64,000 nt of DNA, taken from contig CAZACP010000005.1 in NCBI GenBank assembly GCA_964483665.1, positions 1,910-65,909 on the forward strand. Direction: 5' to 3'. The notes under the pieces are model-generated. The model was not told where the DNA came from and ran no database searches. It saw only the letters and a list, made by a program, of their open reading frames with translations. Positions 26,698 through 35,093 of the stretch are shown piece after piece (positions within the stretch are counted from its first letter, which is position 1; every line of letters starts with the position of its first letter). The stretch is from an uncultured Candidatus Saccharibacteria bacterium. Lineage in GTDB: Bacteria; Patescibacteriota; Doudnabacteria; UBA920. The position numbers were made by a program, and so were the translations under genes.

Positions 26698-27216
26698 CTA
26701 AAATGGAATGTCTTCTACTCTTACTCCTTCGTCGCTGCCTTGGTCTATGGTCGGCAGTTCTTCCTCCTTCGCTAAAGCTCCGAAGGATGAATTGGTAGGC
26801 ATTGGGGCTGCGGCAGGGGAAGCGGCCGCAAATGCGGGTTTAGCAGCAGCCGGAGCAAAAGAACCAGAAGGAGCTGATCCTGCCGGGCGGTCGCCCAGCA
26901 TTATCATGTTATCGGCTACTATTTCGGTTCTGTAGCGTTTTTGCCCGTCCTGCCCGTCCCAGGAACGAGTTTGAAGGCGCCCTTCAATGTAAACCCTGGC
27001 GCCTTTTTTTAAATACTGAGCCGCAATTTCACCCAGCTTTCGCCAGAGGACCACGTTATGAAATTCAGTAGATTCAACTTTCTGGCCGGTTTGCTGGTTG
27101 GTATAAACGTAGCCGGTCGCTACGCCCATTTGGCAGACACTGGCGCCGGAAGGGATGGTTCTAAGTTCAGGGTCGCGTGTTAAGCGGCCTATTATCATAA
27201 CTTTGTTTAAGTCCAT
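26698..27216 (-). CDS. ssb: single-stranded DNA-binding protein
   Basis: OB-fold N-terminus MDLNKVMIIGRLTRDPELR, Gly/Ala-rich linker, acidic DIPF tail. Confidence 0.85.
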   Translation of the reverse strand: MDLNKVMIIGRLTRDPELRTIPSGASVCQMGVATGYVYTNQQTGQKVESTEFHNVVLWRKLGEIAAQYLKKGARVYIEGRLQTRSWDGQDGQKRYRTEIVADNMIMLGDRPAGSAPSGSFAPAAAKPAFAAASPAAAPMPTNSSFGALAKEEELPTIDQGSDEGVRVEDIPF

Positions 27217-27284
27217 AAGTTTTAGAAATTTTTAATTATCAATTTTTAATTTTTAAATAATTTACAAAATTAAAAATTTAAAAA

Positions 27285-27773
27285 TTATTTCGTTAAGTCC
27301 TCAGTTAACGCTTCTTCGATTTTTTTGTCCAAAGCCGCGTCGTCTATGTCTTCAAGTTTTAATGCAGGCTTTTCTTCTTTAACTTTTTCTATAGGCATAG
27401 CCTTTGCCACTTCCGCGTTAGTTTCGACGGTGCGTTTTGAAAGCTTGGCTTGCGCGACTTTGTCTTTAGCCAGGCGTTTAATATGCTCGTCTTGGTTAAC
27501 TAAAATGTAACGAATAATGTCGTGTTCTTGGGTGCGAATACGGGCATCGAGTTCGTTAACTTTTTTGCCGTCCATATTAAAATTCACCACAACATATACG
27601 CCGTTGCGGGTTTTTTTAATTGGGTAGGCTAGTTTTTTCTTACCTAAGTTTTCTTCCTTGACGTCTGTGCCTTGGAAGTCCGAAATATGTTTTAGTACTC
27701 TCTGGGAAATAGCCGGCACGTCTGTGTCAGCTACATGTGACCCTAAAAGGTACATAAGTTCATACTTTGGCAT
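27285..27773 (-). CDS. rpsF: 30S ribosomal protein S6 with acidic C-terminal extension
   Basis: MPKYELMYLL start, conserved rpsF-ssb-rpsR order. Confidence 0.8.
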   Translation of the reverse strand: MPKYELMYLLGSHVADTDVPAISQRVLKHISDFQGTDVKEENLGKKKLAYPIKKTRNGVYVVVNFNMDGKKVNELDARIRTQEHDIIRYILVNQDEHIKRLAKDKVAQAKLSKRTVETNAEVAKAMPIEKVKEEKPALKLEDIDDAALDKKIEEALTEDLTK

Positions 27774-27910
27774 AGAAAGATTTCCTTTCTATCCCTGCCC
27801 AGAATAGGGTAGGGAATATGATTAATTGTTTACAAATTATAGCAATTATAGGGGGTTTTGTCTATTGACTTTTTTATTTAAATATGATTTAATACACCTT
27901 AATTACAAGG

Positions 27911-28240
27911 ATGAATAAACTACTATGCTTAGTTTTCCTGGTTCTGAGCCAATTTGGCTCAGGGCAGGCACCAACAACTCTCTCCAAGGCGTGCGTGGCT
28001 GAGTTTGAAAATTCTTTGGAGATTTACTTCGAGGAGCATGTCTGGGCTCCGGAAGGAGTAAAAACCGTCAAACAGACAGCACAGCTCCGCCTTGGCTACG
28101 TAGCCGGAAAGACGGCGGTCTGTTGGGATGACCGTTGCGGTCCGGCCGCAGAAGATTATCGTATCACGGTAACAACCGTTAGTACGAGAAAGTTGTTACG
28201 CTTCACTGTCATGGGGAATAAGTGGATTCGTAATAAGTAG
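27911..28240 (+). CDS. hypothetical secreted protein in GC-rich island
   Basis: Signal peptide, Cys-containing; local GC ~50% vs ~38% background. Confidence 0.35.
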   Translation: MNKLLCLVFLVLSQFGSGQAPTTLSKACVAEFENSLEIYFEEHVWAPEGVKTVKQTAQLRLGYVAGKTAVCWDDRCGPAAEDYRITVTTVSTRKLLRFTVMGNKWIRNK

Positions 28241-28416
28241 TCAATCGAGTAGAAATACTCGAATTCTTTTGGTGTGTACAATGGGCTGTGCACACCAATT
28301 TTTTTGTCTATAGACAAAAATTGGCATTTAATTTAAACTTTTCCTAGGAGTATTCGACCCCGTTCTGACGACGGGGTTAGATTTTTGGTGGAGTAAAATG
28401 AGAAGGAGGTTTCTTT

Positions 28417-28857
28417 GTGGATACGTTGAATACGTTTGGTTGGCTTCCGCTCTGTGTCGTGGTGTGTGGACTGGTGGCAGGCTGGTTATTTTTTCAGAAC
28501 ACAATCAAGAAAGACGATCCAGGTAAGGATGTAATAAGGACTTTGGCTGGCGCCCTGCTGTGCTTTGCGCCTTTTGTTTGGCGTCAGATGTCTGGCGGCA
28601 CTAGTATGGAGTATTCGCTCCTGCTGCTCTGTTTTACCGGGGGATTTTCCTTTTTGATCTTCCAAGGCCTGCTTACACAAAGTAAGCACGTGGGTAAAGA
28701 CAGAGATCATGGGCTGATGCCTGTGTCCGTGCTAAGTCTTGTCATGTGCTCATTTCTGGTGCTTGGCTATGGTTTTTTGAGCTGGTACGACCAGCATCAG
28801 ATCGCGCGCGCGTCTTCAGTGGGCAAATCCGCACCACCAACACCATTCAAGAAGTGA
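28417..28857 (+). CDS. hypothetical 4-TM membrane protein in GC-rich island
   Basis: 146-aa ORF, hydrophobic; GC-rich. Confidence 0.35.
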   Translation: MDTLNTFGWLPLCVVVCGLVAGWLFFQNTIKKDDPGKDVIRTLAGALLCFAPFVWRQMSGGTSMEYSLLLLCFTGGFSFLIFQGLLTQSKHVGKDRDHGLMPVSVLSLVMCSFLVLGYGFLSWYDQHQIARASSVGKSAPPTPFKK

Positions 28858-28872
28858 GTCAACTATAGCAGA

Positions 28873-28919
28873 GACCCCCCAGGGTTCATTATGAATTTTG
28901 GGGGGTCGTGTGTTTTTTG
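28873..28919 (+). terminator. rho-independent terminator
   Basis: GACCCCCCAGGG...TGGGGGGTC stem then TTTTTT. Confidence 0.5.
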
Positions 28920-29100
28920 TTAATTAAACGTTAAACAGAAAATGCACTACATCACCATCTTCTCGTCAGACTTGCTTCCGCCCGTTCGTTTTGGCTTTTA
29001 GCCAAAAATCACAGGCTTCAGAAGTCTTCCTCTTCCCAAAAATCCGTGCTCGTCACGCCAAGTATTGGCGGAGGACTCGGGCTCCTAATTTTCGGGAGCC

Positions 29101-30261
29101 CTAAGTATTGAAGCGAAAGTGTACCACATCGCCATCTTGTATTATATATTCTTTACCTTCAACTCTTAACCATCCTTTATCTCTTGCACCCGCGTACCCT
29201 TTCGCTTCAAGGAGCTTGTCCCATTGTATAACTTCTGCGCGTATGAAGCCTTTTTCAAAGTCAGTGTGGATTTTGCCCGCCGCTTGAGGCGCCTTTGAGC
29301 CGGCAGTACATGTCCAGGCTTTGCTTTCTTTTGGCCCGGCGGTTATGAACGTTATAAGGCCTAAAGTTTTGTAGGCCTGTTTAATTATTTTGTCTAACCC
29401 TGACTCGGGTAGTCCGAGTTCTTTTAAATATTGCTGTCTATCGGCGTCATCGAGTTCGGCGAGTTCAGATTCTAATTGAGCGTCGATGATAATCATACCG
29501 GCGTCATCCTGAACGCCGAGGCTTTGCGAGGCGTGAAGGATCCCTTCCTTGCTTTTAAGAGATTCTTCGGCCTCGGATGCACTCGGCCTCAGAATGACGT
29601 CATTGGAGGCGTAGTTTTTTTTATCTAAATCAAACTTTTCATTCGCCACAAACATTATAGGTTTGGTAGTAAGCAGCTGAATGTCTTTACTGTGTTCTTT
29701 TTCTTCATCGGTCAGGGTAACTGTATTGGCCATTTCGCCTTTTTCAAGCGCGGCTTTATATTTTTCCAAAATTCCTTTTTTAATTACAGCTTCGCGCTCG
29801 CCGCTCTTTACCTGGCGGGCGAGTGTGCTAAGTCTGTTTTCTATGTTTTGCAAGTCTGCCAATTGCAGTTCTATGCCAATAGTTTCCATATCGCGCTTTG
29901 GGTCAACCGAGCCGTTTACGTGAATAATGTCTTTACTTTCAAAAAAGCGTACTACTTCCATTATGGCGTCTACTTCACGAATATGAGAAAGAAATTTGTT
30001 GCCCAAGCCTTCGCCCGTGCTTGCGCCTTTAACCAAGCCTGCTATGTCTACGAATTCTATGGTGGTTGGCACAACTTTTTCTGATTTTTCCAATTCAGCT
30101 AGCTTGGCTAGCCTTTTGTCGGGCACGGCAACCACGCCTACGTTTGGGTCTATGGTGGCAAACGGGTAGTTAGCGGCTTCGACTTTACTTTTGGTAATGG
30201 CGTTAAAGAGGGTGCTTTTGCCTACGTTTGGCAAGCCCACAATGCCGATTTTAAAACTCAT
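29101..30261 (-). CDS. ychF: ribosome-binding ATPase YchF (Obg-family GTPase)
   Basis: G1 GLPNVGKST, TGS C-terminal domain; 386 aa with an internal insertion. Confidence 0.85.
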   Translation of the reverse strand: MSFKIGIVGLPNVGKSTLFNAITKSKVEAANYPFATIDPNVGVVAVPDKRLAKLAELEKSEKVVPTTIEFVDIAGLVKGASTGEGLGNKFLSHIREVDAIMEVVRFFESKDIIHVNGSVDPKRDMETIGIELQLADLQNIENRLSTLARQVKSGEREAVIKKGILEKYKAALEKGEMANTVTLTDEEKEHSKDIQLLTTKPIMFVANEKFDLDKKNYASNDVILRPSASEAEESLKSKEGILHASQSLGVQDDAGMIIIDAQLESELAELDDADRQQYLKELGLPESGLDKIIKQAYKTLGLITFITAGPKESKAWTCTAGSKAPQAAGKIHTDFEKGFIRAEVIQWDKLLEAKGYAGARDKGWLRVEGKEYIIQDGDVVHFRFNT

Positions 30262-30579
30262 AAACTTTACGGGTTACAAATAAATACGGATATACAGATA
30301 ACTACACGTTCTGTAGGCATCTGTAGTGTTTCCACCGTAGAGTATTGTAGAGGAATTTTGGGTTTTAGGAAAGAGTGATTTGACTAAAAATATTACGGGT
30401 GTATGCTTAAAGCAAAGAAAGCTACGGGGCTAAAAACCCCCTGCGCAAACTTTGGACCAAGGCCATCCTCTCACCGGAAGAAACGGTATCCTTAAAGCAC
30501 TGAGCGCCAAGAGGAGTATAGAGGTGGAACAGCTGGTCTTAAGTGGGCATCTTTAAAACCTGTTAGGAGGGTTAAGAAG

Positions 30580-31353
30580 ATGTTCGAAAATGAGGTTCGT
30601 TTTAAAACCGGCAGCCGGTGGAGTTTTCCAATGGCTGTGGTAGTGGTAATGGCTGTTTTGGCGTTGTTGGTTTTGGCCAGCAGCGTCAAGGGCGGGGTTA
30701 AAACCGTAAGGCAGAAAGAAAAAATTTACTTGCCCATTGAGCTGAAGCAGTTGCCGGCAAAACAGCCGGCTACTGTGGAGCAAAATAGGGCAGGGATTTC
30801 TAAAGCTTCCGAGCAGCCTTGGGTGGTTGTTAGTAAGCCGACTAAGGTGTTTCGGGCTCCGTCAAGAATTCCCGCGCAGGTGGCGGAAATAAATGACAGA
30901 GATCTCGGGGCGCCGGAAGTGGCTTATGGACATACCGATAATCCAGGTAGTGGTAAGCCCGGGGACAGAGGTTGCCCTGCAGAAGTTTGCGGAAATGTTG
31001 TCAACGTTTCGCCGCCGCCTGTTACCGAAGCAAAGCCAGAGCCAAAAGCTGAACCTTCCGAGCCCGTAAGGGTAAGAAGGGGAGGTGAGGTAATGGCTGC
31101 GCAATTGGTTCGTCAGCCAAAGCCAGTTTACCCGCAGCTAGCCAAAGCGAGTCGGGTTTCGGGATTAGTGCGTCTTACGGCAGTCATTCGCCGTGATGGC
31201 ACTATTTCGGAACTAAGGCTTGTGTCAGGTCATGCGTTGCTGGTGCCCGCTGCCATAGATGCTGTAAAGCAGTGGGTTTACCGCCCAACGCTCCTTAACG
31301 GGGAAGCGGTTGAGGTGGTTACGCAAATAGACGTGCATTTTACGCTTTTGTAG
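30580..31353 (+). CDS. TonB C-terminal-domain protein (N-terminal TM, Pro-rich spacer, TonB_C)
   Basis: PVYPQLAKASRVSGLVRLTAVIRRDGTISELRLVSGHALLVPAAIDAVKQWVYRPTLLNGEAVEV matches the TonB C-terminal fold; GC-rich (~55%). Confidence 0.55.
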   Translation: MFENEVRFKTGSRWSFPMAVVVVMAVLALLVLASSVKGGVKTVRQKEKIYLPIELKQLPAKQPATVEQNRAGISKASEQPWVVVSKPTKVFRAPSRIPAQVAEINDRDLGAPEVAYGHTDNPGSGKPGDRGCPAEVCGNVVNVSPPPVTEAKPEPKAEPSEPVRVRRGGEVMAAQLVRQPKPVYPQLAKASRVSGLVRLTAVIRRDGTISELRLVSGHALLVPAAIDAVKQWVYRPTLLNGEAVEVVTQIDVHFTLL

Positions 31354-31519
31354 TTTGGGTGAATGCGAGGCGTAAATAAGCGTCTGCCAGGATGCTATAG
31401 AGGGGCGGTTCTGAGTGAAGAACTCAGGGCCGCCCAAAATTTAAGCCGTATAGGGCTTTTTATTTCAAACAAGGTTACTTAAAATATTTAAGTTTTTTGG
31501 CGCCTAGACAAAATCTAGC

Positions 31520-31900
31520 TTGTTTTTTTATGCTAAAATAATAAATATGAATAAATTTGAACAAAATCAAAATGGATTTTTAGGGGAAAAACCTATAAAT
31601 AACAACATTTCTTTAGCCAGAATTGAAAATGTGCCGTTTGAAACACTGGAGAGGCTGCATTCAACATTGCGTAAAGCAGGTTTGCTTATAAACAAAGAGC
31701 ATAACCCTAAGACCCCAATTGGGTTTTTATCCCAAAGACTGAATGCTTTAGGTATAACAACTGAGTTAGAAGAAGGAAATGCATTAAAAATTATATTTCC
31801 TACAAAAAATAATAAACTTAGTTCAAGCGTTAAAGGAACATCGGAACAAATTTACAAAGCGTATCTTCATTACGAAAATATTATGAAGAAAAGAAAATAA
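31520..31900 (+). CDS. hypothetical protein
   Basis: 126-aa ORF (possible start at MNKFEQ). Confidence 0.3.
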   Translation: MFFYAKIINMNKFEQNQNGFLGEKPINNNISLARIENVPFETLERLHSTLRKAGLLINKEHNPKTPIGFLSQRLNALGITTELEEGNALKIIFPTKNNKLSSSVKGTSEQIYKAYLHYENIMKKRK

Positions 31901-31903
31901 TTT

Positions 31904-32677
31904 ATGAATTTATATTCAAAAAAACTTATAGTCTTTGATTTAGACGGTACACTTGCGCCGACTAAGGCACAAATGGACGCAGAAATGGCAGAGTTAGTTA
32001 AGCGTTTATTGGAGGTAAAAAAAGTCGCCATAATCGGCGGCGGGAAATTGCAATTATTTAAACACCAATTTTTAAGCCAGTTAAAAATCCCAAAAAATTT
32101 ATACCATAATCTTTTTTTGTTTCCGACTACGGCCACAACCTTTTTAAAATATCAGAAAGGCTGGAAAAAAGTCTACGCGCATAATTTAACCAAGGCGGAA
32201 GTAAAAAAAATCCGCGAAGCTTTTAAAAAAGTATATAAAGAAATAAATTATAAAAATCCGGAAAAAACTTACGGCAAGGTCATAGAAAACCGCGGCAGCC
32301 AGGTGACCTGGTCGGCTTTAGGGCAGGACGTGGTTAAGGCATTGGGTAAAAAGGGGATAGAGCTAAAAAATCAGTGGCGCGACAAAAATACGTCGCTTAA
32401 ATTAAAAATTGCCCAACATTTAAAAAAATACGTGGGTAATTTGGAAGTCCATGCGGCAGGGCATACATCTATAGACGTAACCAAAAAAGGCATAGACAAG
32501 GGTTATGGCCTTCACCAAATAGAAAAATATTTAGGCGTGAAAATTCAAGATATGCTGTTTGTTGGGGACGCTATATTTCCGGGAGGCAATGACTACGCGG
32601 TAGTAAAGACCGGGGTAGATTATAAAAAAGTTAAAGACCCGGAAGAAACCAAAAAAATTATAAAAAGCTTAATATAA
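31904..32677 (+). CDS. HAD-superfamily hydrolase (HAD-IIB/Cof-like)
   Basis: Motif I VFDLDGTL, motif IV GDAIFPGGND. Confidence 0.65.
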   Translation: MNLYSKKLIVFDLDGTLAPTKAQMDAEMAELVKRLLEVKKVAIIGGGKLQLFKHQFLSQLKIPKNLYHNLFLFPTTATTFLKYQKGWKKVYAHNLTKAEVKKIREAFKKVYKEINYKNPEKTYGKVIENRGSQVTWSALGQDVVKALGKKGIELKNQWRDKNTSLKLKIAQHLKKYVGNLEVHAAGHTSIDVTKKGIDKGYGLHQIEKYLGVKIQDMLFVGDAIFPGGNDYAVVKTGVDYKKVKDPEETKKIIKSLI

Positions 32678-32714
32678 AAAAAGAGAGATGGCAGTCGTGG
32701 GGTACGACTGCCGC

Positions 32715-33369
32715 CTAAATGCGTGCTTGCCGGCAAGCTGCCGAGGGGTACACCAGCAGAGGCGTTGGGTCGCTCATAGCCTCTTGTAAATGCCAGGTGT
32801 TGTGTAAGCGTACCGCTTGAGCGTCCAATACCCACCAGTTGATGCGTGTTTGGTGCAGGTTTTGAATCGTAAAGTACACCTTTGCGAAAACTCTGCTATC
32901 CTTGACTGTAACGCGAGCTCTGGAGAGAAGGCGAAATACCGTCCACGGTTTTTTCATCTTCACAACGTCTTCAATGGAGGTAGCCAGTAGATTTGCGTCT
33001 TCTGGGGAACAGGTTACTATCTCCAAAATCCAAACTTCCTTCCAGGGTATTACTTTAGTTAGCATTGCGATCCCCTTGCTTATTTCGGTACTTTTGTTTC
33101 TTTTTGAGCAAGTTGGTCACCCATGCGGGATTTTGGTTTTCCACCAGTTCGCAACTTTTGACTCCCGAGTTTTTTCCGCTACCTTCGGGCATTCTAAGCT
33201 GTCCGTCCATCACTGCGATCAAAAGCGTGTTGCCTTCAAGAATGCTTCTGGCTGTTGGGTGTGGGGTTAGGCCAAAATTTGTTGGCCAGTTGAGGTTGTT
33301 TCTGTACGCGCCGGCTTGGGCGCGGTTGTGGAATGTAACCACCAAAACATGTGTCGCGCAAACCGACAT
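32715..33369 (-). pseudogene. two adjacent same-strand ORFs in different frames (104 aa + 116 aa) in GC-rich patch; probable frameshifted gene
   Basis: ORFs 33055..33369 and 32715..33065 overlap by 11 nt in different frames; GC ~50%. Confidence 0.3.
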
Positions 33370-33424
33370 TTAAGCCTCCTTTCTCTTGTAAACAAAAACC
33401 CCCGCATAAAGCAGGGGCAAATGT

Positions 33425-34402
33425 TTATAAAAGACCAATTTTTTGTTTAACTTCAAGCAGGGTAGCAGAGGCGACTTCGCGGGCGCTGCGCGCGCCATCG
33501 CCTAGGACTTGGGCTAAGTAGTCTGTACGCGATAGTAATTCAGCTTTCTTTTCCCTAAATTCCGCAAAGTAGTTAGTTATATCTTCCGCAAGTTTGGTTT
33601 TTAGCTCGCTGTATTGCAGGTTGCCAAATTCCTGTTTTTCTTTAAAGTATTTTATTTCCGGCGCCTTGCCAAAATGCTCTAGTAAGTACATAAGGTTTTC
33701 CGCGCCTGGGTTTTTGCCGTCTGGGGAAGAACCGGTTACGGCTTTTTTTAGTTTACGCGCTATTTCTTCGGGTGAATCATCTAACAGCAATGCTTCATCT
33801 CCGGTCTTGCTCATTTTTTTGTTTGGATCTGAAAGGGACATTATTCTTAACGGTTTCCTAAGGTAAGTTTTCGGTTCCGGAAAAGTTTGGCCGAATTTGT
33901 TGTTAAATTTTCTGGCTACAACTCTGGCTAGTTCTACATGCTGTATTTGGTCCTCGCCTACGGGAATACTGCTTGGTTTATAAAGCAATATATCGGCCGC
34001 CATTAAAGCAGGGTAGGTTAGAAGCCCGGCATTTATATTTTGTTTATGCTGTTTAGCCTTGTCTTTGTACTGAGTCATTCTTTCAAGTTCCGAAAGGGGG
34101 GTAATGCAATTAAAAATCCAGGCTAAGTAAGCATGCTCCATAACCTGGTTTTGAGCAAAAAATACGGTTTTGTTTGGGTCTATGCCGAGAGCCAAATAAC
34201 TTGCCGCAACCTCTAAGGTATTTTGAGTTAATTCTTTTGGCTCGAAAGGAGTAGTTAAAGCGTGAAGGTCTGCAATAAAATAAAAGCGTTGTAAATTTTC
34301 TGTTTCTTGAGTTTTAAGCAAGTCTTTGACCAAGCCTAAATAATTGCCAATATGTAATTTTCCGCTGGCTCTGCAGCCGGCTACGTAGGTTTCTTTATGC
34401 AT
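33425..34402 (-). CDS. trpS: tryptophan--tRNA ligase
   Basis: HIGN (GKLHIGNYLG) and KMSKT class-I motifs; start set at MHKETY. Confidence 0.8.
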   Translation of the reverse strand: MHKETYVAGCRASGKLHIGNYLGLVKDLLKTQETENLQRFYFIADLHALTTPFEPKELTQNTLEVAASYLALGIDPNKTVFFAQNQVMEHAYLAWIFNCITPLSELERMTQYKDKAKQHKQNINAGLLTYPALMAADILLYKPSSIPVGEDQIQHVELARVVARKFNNKFGQTFPEPKTYLRKPLRIMSLSDPNKKMSKTGDEALLLDDSPEEIARKLKKAVTGSSPDGKNPGAENLMYLLEHFGKAPEIKYFKEKQEFGNLQYSELKTKLAEDITNYFAEFREKKAELLSRTDYLAQVLGDGARSAREVASATLLEVKQKIGLL

Positions 34403-34436
34403 AAAATTATTATAGCAAGAATCAAAATACTTGCAA

Positions 34437-34454
34437 AACGCACGGCCGTGCGTT
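34437..34454. promoter_or_regulatory. 18-bp perfect GC-rich palindrome AACGCACGGCCGTGCGTT in divergent promoter region
   Basis: Identical core recurs at 34999-35016. Confidence 0.6.
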
Positions 34455-34472
34455 ATTATAGTAGGGTAATGT

Positions 34473-34997
34473 ATGCCTAAAAAGATAAATACATTTGTCA
34501 ATAATTTTTTATTTTTTTTGGAAGAAGCTTCTAAACTTTTACCCTTGCCTTTTGAAACTCCATATGAATGGACAAAAAAGCAAAGAGGTTTTAGCAATAA
34601 GGGTTACGCGTCTATGTTGTCTAACCTGGGCAAACAAGGGACAATAAAAGTTTTTTCAAAAAATGGCGAGAAATTTTTACAGCTTACTAATAAAGGACAG
34701 TTAGAAGTTTTACTGGCAAAAGCAGCTTTAATTGAGCAAAATAAGTGGGATGGTAAGTGGAGATTGTTTATGTTCGACATTCCTGAAGACCAGCGCGATA
34801 AGCGTGACAAGCTCAGGCGTCTTTTAAAACGAAATAATTTTATTAAGCTTCAGGCTAGTGTGTTTATTAGCCCTTATGCTTTAAACAAACAAGCAATAGA
34901 GTACTTAAAGGAAACAGGACTAGATGAATATATAAGAATATTAAGGGTAGATGCAATTGATAAAGACGAAGATTTAAAAAAGAAATTCAAACTCTAA
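34473..34997 (+). CDS. Cas2-like / PaaX-C-like fold protein, function unknown
   Basis: C-terminal WRLFMFDIPEDQRDKRDKLRRLLKRNNFIKLQASVF resembles Cas2/PaaX_C; no CRISPR array or other cas genes in window. Confidence 0.35.
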   Translation: MPKKINTFVNNFLFFLEEASKLLPLPFETPYEWTKKQRGFSNKGYASMLSNLGKQGTIKVFSKNGEKFLQLTNKGQLEVLLAKAALIEQNKWDGKWRLFMFDIPEDQRDKRDKLRRLLKRNNFIKLQASVFISPYALNKQAIEYLKETGLDEYIRILRVDAIDKDEDLKKKFKL

Positions 34998-35023
34998 AAA
35001 CGCACGGCCGTGCGTTTTTAGAG
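34994..35023. terminator. 30-bp perfect palindrome TCTAAAAACGCACGGCCGTGCGTTTTTAGA (bidirectional terminator between convergent genes)
   Basis: Stem flanked by A/T tracts on both sides. Confidence 0.55.
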
Positions 35024-35093
35024 TAAGGTGATATTCTACAAATTTGTAATATTTTTAAACTAAAACACCCCAAATTTTGGGGTGTTTTGCTGT

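Noticed and set aside
34403-34597. 65-aa N-terminal extension of trpS in the ORF track
   Set aside because: The extension is low-complexity and runs into the divergent promoter and palindrome. The conserved TrpRS N-terminus begins at MHKETY.
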